From the NCBI GenBank assembly GCA_963744995.1, contig CAVUWA010000002.1, forward strand, positions 358,654 to 422,653: a DNA stretch of 64,000 bases, written 5' to 3'. Every line of letters begins with the position of its first letter. The stretch's first letter is position 1. Below the pieces are notes generated by a model. It had not been told where the DNA came from. It worked only from the letters and a program-made list of their open reading frames with translations, and ran no database searches. This document shows, piece by piece, positions 43,865 to 51,523 of this stretch. This DNA comes from Candidatus Eiseniibacteriota bacterium (GTDB taxonomy: Bacteria > Eisenbacteria > RBG-16-71-46). The position numbers and the translations under genes are program-made.

Positions 43865-46780
43865 CTACTCCACCCTGACCTGGAACGTCACCGTGCCCGA
43901 CTCGCCCGGGTCGAGCACGCCGGCGAGGCTCCAGGTGACCGTGCCGCTCGCGCCGGCCGCGGGCTGTGACGACACGCCGCAGGCCGAGAGTCCGCCGCCG
44001 AGATTCCCGCACGAGGCCGACTCGAACACGGTCCACGCCGGCGTCGAATCCTGGATCACGATCGCCGAGAGCGGCGCGGCGCCGCTGTTGCGGTAGGTGA
44101 TGGTGTAGGTCAGCAGGTCGCCGGGGAGCGCGGTCGCCCGGTCCACCGCCTTGGTGATCTCGAGCGAGCCCGCGCCGTTGGTGGTGGTCACGTCGTCGAG
44201 CGCCACCGCACTCGAGAGCGGCGGTGCGGCGCCGGCGTAGTCCATCGTCGCTTCGACGTGCACGGTCTCGCTCGCTCCGGCGGGCGCGGTGAGCGGAATC
44301 ACGTGCCGCAGGATCACGCATACGGTCTGGCCGGCGCTCACGCTGAGCGCGCCGACGATCAACGGCTCGCCCGCATCGAGTTGTCCGTCGCAGTTCAGGT
44401 CACGGTAGACGCCGGCGGTCCAGCCGGAGATCGCCGGGCTCGGTGCCTGCGTGGTCGCGAACGTCACGCCCCCCGCGCTGGCGGCGGTGAAGGTGTGCGG
44501 GTGCAGCACGATCGTGCCGGGCACGCCGGTGCGGTTGCCGGCCGGGACGAGCTGGTTCTGCGGTACGTCGCCGAACGTCGCGCCGTTCACGATCGCGCCG
44601 TTGACCGGGGTGAACGTCAGCGCGTCCGCCGCGCGGTCGTAGGCGCCGCCGGTCGCGCCCGGGGCGCCGCCGGTCGAGATCCAGCCCGCCGGATCGGTCT
44701 CGGCGATCGTCGCCGGCGCGCCGCCGGCGGCGCCGGGCGCCCACAGCGCCCAGCCGCCGCCGCCGTCGGTGAGCGCGCTGTCGCAGACGCCGCCCGCACA
44801 CGCCGCGGCCACGAGCCGCACGCGCACGCCGGCGACACCGCTTTCGCCGCCGTTCGCCGCGCCGTCGTTCGCCGTGCCGCCGCCCGCGCCGTCGTCGCGG
44901 ATCACGCGGCCCTCGGCGCGGCTGCCGAACCACAGGCCGAAGTTCTCGTTCGGGAGCGGATTCGAGCCGACGGTCACGCCGGTACGCACTCCGCCGGCCG
45001 CTTCGGTGCCGAGGTAGCCCGGCGGATACGCCGGCGTGACGTCGGCGAGCGTGGGATCGGTGTCGAGGATCAACGCGTAGCTCCCGAACGCGACGAGCCC
45101 GAAGGCGTAGACGCCCGAGGCCGGGTCGACGGCGGCTGCGGCCAGGGCGCTGCCGGGACTCGCGACGGGAACGAGCTTCGCCCACAGGGGAACGCCGGTT
45201 CCGGTCTCGGCGCCGTCCCACTGCAGGTTGTGGTTGGCGTCGAGGTAGGCGCGTCCCGAAAGGCTGGTGCCCACGACGCTGACGTCGGTGCGCTGCGCGC
45301 CCGCGGTGAACGTGTCGGCGTCGCTGGCCTCCGACATCGCCAGCATGAGCCGCGCGGCCACGAACGCGACGCGCGCCTGATTGGAGACCACGCTGCCCGC
45401 CGGCACCGGCGAATCGACCCGTACCCGGAAGCGCAACGTCGCCGCCTCGCCGGGGCCGAGCGTGCCGCCGCCCGCGGCGCCGGCGCCCGTGCCGACGCGA
45501 AATACGACCTCGTTCGATGCCGCGACGAATTCGGCCTGATCGTCGCCGCCGGCGTCGCTCTTCGCGCCGGCGTTGGCGCCGGCCAGGATCGCCATGGAGC
45601 CCGCGTCGTAGGTGGTGTTCGCAGGGATCGTGTCGCGCACCACCGCCGCCTCGGCGGCGTCGCTGCCGGCGTTGTGCACGCGGATCGTGTACTCGAGCAC
45701 GTCGCCGGGATGGACGTCACCGCCGTTCAGGTCGGTGACGAACTTGGTGAAGTTGCTGCCGCCGAGGATCGGCACGGCCAGGTCGGTCGAGAACGTCACC
45801 ACGGTCGGGAAATAGTGGTCGTCGCTCGAGACGAGCTGAATCGTCGCCGAGGTCGCACCGTTCGGAAGGATCCCCGGCGCCGCGACCCGGTCGATGTCTA
45901 TGCCGAAGTTGTTGACGTAGTTCGGCGTCTTGGCGGCGACCTGCGCCCCGAGGTCGCTGATCGAGCTGTTGAAGAAGTTGTCGGGCGGGTTCACGCCGTT
46001 GCCGAGCGCCACGCCGTTCAGCAGGAACTGGTCGCCGGGCGTCCACTGTTCGCCTTCCCACGCGAGCACGCCGAGGTGCGTGTTCACGATGCCGGCCGGC
46101 GGTGTCTCCAGTCCGGTCACTGGAATCGTCACCGACGCGCCCGGCAGCACTTCGGCGAGCCCGTCGAACACGACCAGGTTGCGCCGCGGCTCGGCGAGGT
46201 TCCGGTACACGACGACCAGCGACCAGCCGGCGAAGCGCTTCGCACCGGGCTGCGCCTGTACGTTGGCCACGGTATATGAACCGCTGCCGCCCGCCTGCAC
46301 CCGTGCCGTGACGTCGGCGAAGCCTTGATAGGTGCCGCCGCTGACGTCGAGCTGGGTCGCGGAGACCGTCGCGTAACCGGACGCGGGCGTCGCGAGCAGC
46401 GCGAGGCTGCGCGCGCCGTTGTTCGAGTCGCCGGACCAGTAGAGCCCTGCCCACAGGACGGTCGCCCCCGGCGGCAGCGACAGGGTGGCACGGCTCGAAT
46501 TGAACGTGGCGGGATCCGCGTCGATGTCCACCTGCTGCATCACCCAGTTGTTGTTGTTGGGATTGCCCGCGCCGTTCTGCGTGGCGGCGCAGTCGGCGTC
46601 GCCGCTGCGGCAGGTGGTGAGCGTGTTGCCGATCAGCAGAATGTCACCCTGACCGCTCGCGCTGTAGCGTGGCGTGAAGGCGCGGATCACCTGCGCGGCG
46701 GCCGGCGGGGCGGCAGCGGTGAGGGACAGTCCCGCGAGCACGACGAGCGCGGTGCGGAAACGAAGCCGGAGCCGCTTCAT
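43865..46780 (-). CDS. secreted DUF11-repeat adhesin-like protein
   Basis: ATG 46780 overlaps the upstream TGA (ATGA). MKRLRLRFRTALVVLAGLSLTAAAPPAAAQ is the signal peptide. The N-terminal roughly 300-aa domain reads IRAFTPRYSASGQGDILLIGNT..VDIDADPATFNSSRATLSLP..LWAGLYWSG. DUF11 repeats include HPGDVLEYTIRVHNAGSDAA..IPANTTY and LPGDLLTYTITYRNSGAAPLSAIVIQDSTPAWTVF. SdrD-B/CnaB-like segments are also present. The first 327 codons of the track ORF are not coding. Confidence 0.85.
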   Translation of the reverse strand: MKRLRLRFRTALVVLAGLSLTAAAPPAAAQVIRAFTPRYSASGQGDILLIGNTLTTCRSGDADCAATQNGAGNPNNNNWVMQQVDIDADPATFNSSRATLSLPPGATVLWAGLYWSGDSNNGARSLALLATPASGYATVSATQLDVSGGTYQGFADVTARVQAGGSGSYTVANVQAQPGAKRFAGWSLVVVYRNLAEPRRNLVVFDGLAEVLPGASVTIPVTGLETPPAGIVNTHLGVLAWEGEQWTPGDQFLLNGVALGNGVNPPDNFFNSSISDLGAQVAAKTPNYVNNFGIDIDRVAAPGILPNGATSATIQLVSSDDHYFPTVVTFSTDLAVPILGGSNFTKFVTDLNGGDVHPGDVLEYTIRVHNAGSDAAEAAVVRDTIPANTTYDAGSMAILAGANAGAKSDAGGDDQAEFVAASNEVVFRVGTGAGAAGGGTLGPGEAATLRFRVRVDSPVPAGSVVSNQARVAFVAARLMLAMSEASDADTFTAGAQRTDVSVVGTSLSGRAYLDANHNLQWDGAETGTGVPLWAKLVPVASPGSALAAAAVDPASGVYAFGLVAFGSYALILDTDPTLADVTPAYPPGYLGTEAAGGVRTGVTVGSNPLPNENFGLWFGSRAEGRVIRDDGAGGGTANDGAANGGESGVAGVRVRLVAAACAGGVCDSALTDGGGGWALWAPGAAGGAPATIAETDPAGWISTGGAPGATGGAYDRAADALTFTPVNGAIVNGATFGDVPQNQLVPAGNRTGVPGTIVLHPHTFTAASAGGVTFATTQAPSPAISGWTAGVYRDLNCDGQLDAGEPLIVGALSVSAGQTVCVILRHVIPLTAPAGASETVHVEATMDYAGAAPPLSSAVALDDVTTTNGAGSLEITKAVDRATALPGDLLTYTITYRNSGAAPLSAIVIQDSTPAWTVFESASCGNLGGGLSACGVSSQPAAGASGTVTWSLAGVLDPGESGTVTFQVRVE

Positions 46781-49700
46781 CGTCCCGTTCCCACGCGGCC
46801 GAACAGCGACTCGTCGAACTTCGCGCGCAGGCGCAGGTAGAACCCGGCGCGCAGGTAGTCCTCGGTCGGCAGATCCGGGTCCTCGTAGCCGAACCGGTTC
46901 CAGCCGGCCGACAGCCACACGCCGCCGCCGAGCATGCGGCCGACCTCGAGCCCGAGGCCGTCCTGACGGTCCGCGAAATCGTTCACGAACAGCACGCTGC
47001 CGCTGACGCCGGCGTCCCAGTCGCGATCGAAGTCCCACGTCCAGCGGCCGTGCAGCCACTGTGCGGTCGAGCGCACGGTGAGGCCGTTCTCGCGTTCGGA
47101 GACGACCTTGCCGGCCCAGGCGAATGCGCCGTGCGCCGCGGGCTCGATCGGGCCGCCCGCGTGCAGCGACAGTACGTTCGCCGTGCGCCGTCCACGGCCT
47201 TCCAGCGGTGAAGAGGTGCCGTCGAGGCGCAGCTCGTAGCGGCCGAGCAGATCCCACGCGGTCGCGTTCGGCTGGCGGAACGCGACGCCGAACTGCAGCC
47301 AGTCGCGCGAGGTGCGGTGCGCGCCGCTCTCGTCGGCGAAGTGGACCATGTTGCGGGCGAGCGCCGTCCAGTCCTCGTCGAGCCGCGCGGCCACCGCGAG
47401 CGTGCCGAGCACGCTGCGTGAGTCGCTGGCGCGGCGCATCTCCAGACGCGCCGACGACTTCACGTCGGCGTCGTCGGTGCTTTCGATCGCGCCGGTCACG
47501 GCCATGGACGGCCGGCCCGTGCCGGAGGAGAGCGGCGCGACGCGTTCGAACGTGGTGCTGACGCGCACGCCGTCGGCCGCACGCCACAGATGGCGCAGAC
47601 CCACGGCGACTTCGGCTTCGCGCTCGAGCAGCGCGTCCTCGGCACGCAGCTCGCCGAATACGTGCGCGTCGCGCGCGACGTCGGAGTCCACCCCGATCAC
47701 CGACGCCAGGCGGCGTTGCGTGTCGTTGAGCGTGTAGGCGCCGCCGAAGCTGGCGCTCCACTCCTGCCGGGCGTAGAGCCGCCCGATCCGGTCGAAGCGG
47801 TATTCGCCGCCGAGCGCCACCAGCCGCCGTCCCGCGCTCATCATGTCCTGCTCGTACTCGGTGTAGGCGCTCATCGCCGGGAAGCGACGCGGCTGCCCGG
47901 TGAGCTTCATGCGCAGGGCGACCAGGCCGAGCGTGTCGGAGCCGCCGGCCCCCGCGCCGGCCGCGAAGCGCGTGCCGATCTCGGCGCGCAACGACGGCGT
48001 CACCGCCTGATCGAAGCCGAGCAGCAGGCCGCCGAGCCTCCCGCCGCCCGCGGCGGCCGAATAGCGCGCGTCGGCCGTCAGCCGCGCGCCCGAGCCGAGC
48101 CGCCAGCGCATGCGGCCCAGCGCTTCGCGGCGCCCGCTCGCAAAACCGGAATAGGGATTGTCGAAGGTCGAGTCGGTGATCGCGCCGATCAGCTCGCCGG
48201 TGAGATTCGGCGCCTCGTGGTGCAGCTCGAAGCGGCTGCCGCCGCCGAACGTGCCGCCGAGGGCGCGCGTGGAAGCGTACTCGCCCTCGACGCGCGTGAA
48301 CGGGCCGAGCTTCGCGCCGAGGAACGCGCCGCGCAGTTCGGACACCGCCGCCGGATCGTGGTCGTCCACGTAGGTGCCGCCGACCTCGAGCGCGTCGGTC
48401 ACGTGGACCCGCGCTTCGCCGCCCGACACCCAGAAGGCGTCACCGCCGTCTTCGCGCGCATACGCCACGCGGATCGAGACCGGGTTGAGATCGGCATCGA
48501 AGCCCGGCACCGGCGACTTGAACGTGAGCCGTCCGGTGAGCGGTTCCAGCTGGTAGTCCGTGAAGCGCGAGCGCGGCGTCACGCTGAGCACGATGCCCGG
48601 CTGGTCGCGGTCGCGTACCACGATCTCGACCTGTTCGCTGTTCTCGATCAGGGGCGCGCCGGAGAGCGTGTAGGGGCCCGAGACACCGAGCCCGCGCAGC
48701 TCCTCGACGCTGCGGCGCGAGCGCTCGCGCGAGCTGAACGCCTCGACCCGCAGGTGCGCGTTCTCGAAGTGCTGCTGGACGCCGGTGAGGCTGCGGCGGT
48801 AGCCGGCGAGCGCGCGCGGCCCGCCGCCGGTGCGCGTGACGAAGTCGCCGTACAGCGTGGAGGCGCCGCCGTGATCCACGCGCGCGTAGAGTGCGCCGGT
48901 GGTGCGCGCCTCGAAGCCACGCAGCGACGCGTCGCCGTAGACGGGGTAGTAGGCATCCGGCTGGATGTCGCGCGAACGTGCGAGTCCATCGGGCCGGTCG
49001 GAGTCGTAGCCGAGCGTGACGTGGATGTCGTCGCGGATGCGTCCCTTCATGAACAGCGCGCCGCGCGCCGCGGCGGACGCGCGGCCGTCGCGGCGTTCGC
49101 TGCGGAACGCCTCCATCGGCGCTTCGAAGCTGCTTCGCCTCCGCTCGGCCGTCGAGAAGCCCCGCGAGAGATGGTCGAGCGACACCACGCCTTCGAACGT
49201 GCCGACCGCGAGGAACGGGCGGAACGCGGACACGAACGAGATGACGCTGGCCGTGCGCACCGGGCCCGCGCTCGCCTCGAGGGTGACGCGCCCGGGCTCG
49301 GCAGGCGGTGTGAACGGCAGCCGCGCCGCGCCGCCGCGCACCGCGACCTGCACGCCCGGGGTTTGCGGGTCGAGGTCGGCCGCGAGCCATTCGCCCGCGC
49401 TCGCCGTCAGCGTCACGCGCGTGAGGTCCGGCACCGGCAGCCCGTGCCGATCGAGGGCCCGCACCCGCACGGCGACGGCCGCGGCCTGCTCGAGCGTCGG
49501 CGGCGCATCGAACTCGAGTCGCGCGAGCGGCCCCGGGGCGACGATCGTGACCTCGGCATGACCGAACGGCCGGCCCTCGGGATCCTGCTGCGCGAGCTCG
49601 ATGCGGTTCTCGCCCGGGGCGAGCGCGACGCCGATGTATTCGCGCAGCTCGATGCCGAGGTCGTTGCGCGTCGCGGCGCGGCCGACCCGCGATTCGGGCA

Positions 49701-51447
49701 CGATCTCGCCATTACGCATGAGCACGAAGCCGAATCCGGCGCGCCCCTTCACGGTCAAACGGATCTGCCCGGCGAGCACGGTGTCGCGCGGCGCGAGGCC
49801 CACGAAGCCGGGCGCGGGATCGGTGAGGTCCATCACGTCCACCGGCCGCGGCGGAGCGGTGTCGAGTGCAGGTGAGGCCGCCGAGTCCCGGACGGCGGCG
49901 CCGATGCCCTGGATCTCTTTCGGGGCGAGCTCCGGCGGCGCGCTGTTCGAGCCGGCGCCTTCCGTGCCGTACCAGCCCGCGGCCGGGCGAGCGCGCAGGT
50001 CGGTGCCGGTGACCGGCGTGGTCTCGCGCGGCAGTTCGCTGCGCACCGCGCGTGTGAGTTCGGCGCCGCGGCCGGCGATCATGCGCGGATCGCGCGGCTT
50101 TGCGGCGGGCGGTTGCGTGGTGTCGGGCTGCACGGCGAAGTCGGCGCGTGCCATCTCGCCGCGCTGCAGGTCCACGAAACGCAGGGAGGGCATGTCGCCC
50201 TGGCGATGATCGGTCGCGAGCGGCTGCGCGCCCGCGGGCAGGGTCGAGGTGTCGAGCTTGAGCGCGTGCGTGCGCGGCGCCAGCCCGTAGAAGCTGTACT
50301 GGCCGTCGCGGTCGGTGAGCGCGAAGGTTCCGTCGTCCAGGTAGAGGCGCACGCCGGCGAGGCCGTGATCGCCCGCGCCGCGGCGCCCGTCGCCATCGGC
50401 ATCGGCGTACACGGCACCGAGGATGCTGCCTTCTTCGGCGAACACCCCGCCGAGCACGGTGACGCGCGCCGAGGCCCGGTTCGACGTCGCGCCGCCGCCC
50501 GCGCCCCACGCCGTGTTGAGCGCGTCGCCGCGCGGTGCGCCGCTGCCGATGCGTACGCGATAGCGCACCTCGGCGACGGCCTGCGGATCGAGCGGCCCGG
50601 CGTCGAATACCAGGTGCGGCCCGGCGCCCCCTGCGGGATCGGCGATGCGTCCCCCGCCCGCGAACGCGGTGCCGGCGACGTAGGCGAAGCCCGGCGGCAG
50701 ATCGTCGGTGACCGCGAGCGTGGTGAGCGCGCTGTCCGAGCGGTTGGCGATCCGGACACTGTACTCGAGCACGTCACCCGGCTCGGCGTACCGGCGCGAG
50801 GCGGTCTTTTCGGCGAACAGCGTGACGTCCGTCGCGGGCGGCGCGGCGGCGACGTACACCGTGTCGGTGTTCATGGCGAGCGCGCCCTGGGTGAGACCGG
50901 TCGCGGTGAGCCGCACCAGCGCCGGGCCGGGCGGCGTGAGGCCGGCCGGCACCGAGACGTTGAGCAGCAGGTCGAGCGCTTCGCCCGCAGCGACCTGCAA
51001 CGTGTCGCCGGGGCCGATCGTGATTTCGCCGCTGCTCTCGAGGCCGTCACGATTGCCGTCGAGCGTGAGGGTCAGCAGCCCCGCATCGAAGCCGTCGCCG
51101 GCGAGGTTGGCGACGTCGAAGCGCACGGAGGTCGCGACGTTGCCGGTGTTGACGAGCCGGTGCGCGAGGCTCGCGGCCGTGCCCGGGGCGATGGTGACCG
51201 ACTGCGAACGTTCGAGACGCAGCGTCTCGACCGGCTGCACCAGCGCGCGCACGGTGTCGGAGAAGGTGCTGAACGAACCGCCGGAGGGGTGTACCGCGGT
51301 GGCTTCCGCGGAATTGTCGACGGGCGTGCCGGCCGGCGGCGCCGCGCCCGCGGGTGCCGCGAGACACACGAAGGCCCCGATCAGCCAGGCCGTGATGTTT
51401 CGGCCTGCCCGTCGAGGGCCGCAGCGCGTCCGCGGGGTCGAATGCAT
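46777..51447 (-). CDS. 1556-aa outer-membrane protein: N-terminal DUF11/CnaB-like/Ig-like domains fused to a very large C-terminal beta-barrel-like region
   Basis: The signal is NITAWLIGAFVCLAAPAGAA. DUF11: EPGDVLEYSVRIANRSDSALTTLAVTDDLPPGFAYV. CnaB/SdrD-like: GAVYADADGDGRRGAGDHGLAGVRLYLDDGTFALTDRDGQYSF. The last 800-900 aa show alternating hydrophobic beta-strand patterning with aromatic strand ends (..ALYARVDHGGASTLYGDFV.., ..WLSAGWNRFGYEDP.., ..AGFYLRLRAKF). Confidence 0.85.
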   Translation of the reverse strand: MHSTPRTRCGPRRAGRNITAWLIGAFVCLAAPAGAAPPAGTPVDNSAEATAVHPSGGSFSTFSDTVRALVQPVETLRLERSQSVTIAPGTAASLAHRLVNTGNVATSVRFDVANLAGDGFDAGLLTLTLDGNRDGLESSGEITIGPGDTLQVAAGEALDLLLNVSVPAGLTPPGPALVRLTATGLTQGALAMNTDTVYVAAAPPATDVTLFAEKTASRRYAEPGDVLEYSVRIANRSDSALTTLAVTDDLPPGFAYVAGTAFAGGGRIADPAGGAGPHLVFDAGPLDPQAVAEVRYRVRIGSGAPRGDALNTAWGAGGGATSNRASARVTVLGGVFAEEGSILGAVYADADGDGRRGAGDHGLAGVRLYLDDGTFALTDRDGQYSFYGLAPRTHALKLDTSTLPAGAQPLATDHRQGDMPSLRFVDLQRGEMARADFAVQPDTTQPPAAKPRDPRMIAGRGAELTRAVRSELPRETTPVTGTDLRARPAAGWYGTEGAGSNSAPPELAPKEIQGIGAAVRDSAASPALDTAPPRPVDVMDLTDPAPGFVGLAPRDTVLAGQIRLTVKGRAGFGFVLMRNGEIVPESRVGRAATRNDLGIELREYIGVALAPGENRIELAQQDPEGRPFGHAEVTIVAPGPLARLEFDAPPTLEQAAAVAVRVRALDRHGLPVPDLTRVTLTASAGEWLAADLDPQTPGVQVAVRGGAARLPFTPPAEPGRVTLEASAGPVRTASVISFVSAFRPFLAVGTFEGVVSLDHLSRGFSTAERRRSSFEAPMEAFRSERRDGRASAAARGALFMKGRIRDDIHVTLGYDSDRPDGLARSRDIQPDAYYPVYGDASLRGFEARTTGALYARVDHGGASTLYGDFVTRTGGGPRALAGYRRSLTGVQQHFENAHLRVEAFSSRERSRRSVEELRGLGVSGPYTLSGAPLIENSEQVEIVVRDRDQPGIVLSVTPRSRFTDYQLEPLTGRLTFKSPVPGFDADLNPVSIRVAYAREDGGDAFWVSGGEARVHVTDALEVGGTYVDDHDPAAVSELRGAFLGAKLGPFTRVEGEYASTRALGGTFGGGSRFELHHEAPNLTGELIGAITDSTFDNPYSGFASGRREALGRMRWRLGSGARLTADARYSAAAGGGRLGGLLLGFDQAVTPSLRAEIGTRFAAGAGAGGSDTLGLVALRMKLTGQPRRFPAMSAYTEYEQDMMSAGRRLVALGGEYRFDRIGRLYARQEWSASFGGAYTLNDTQRRLASVIGVDSDVARDAHVFGELRAEDALLEREAEVAVGLRHLWRAADGVRVSTTFERVAPLSSGTGRPSMAVTGAIESTDDADVKSSARLEMRRASDSRSVLGTLAVAARLDEDWTALARNMVHFADESGAHRTSRDWLQFGVAFRQPNATAWDLLGRYELRLDGTSSPLEGRGRRTANVLSLHAGGPIEPAAHGAFAWAGKVVSERENGLTVRSTAQWLHGRWTWDFDRDWDAGVSGSVLFVNDFADRQDGLGLEVGRMLGGGVWLSAGWNRFGYEDPDLPTEDYLRAGFYLRLRAKFDESLFGRVGTGR

Positions 51448-51523
51448 GGCGGATTCGCCACCCTGCCGGAGGCCGTCCGAAGACGGCCCCCGGCGCAGGC
51501 GACGTGGATGACAGCTCCGATCG

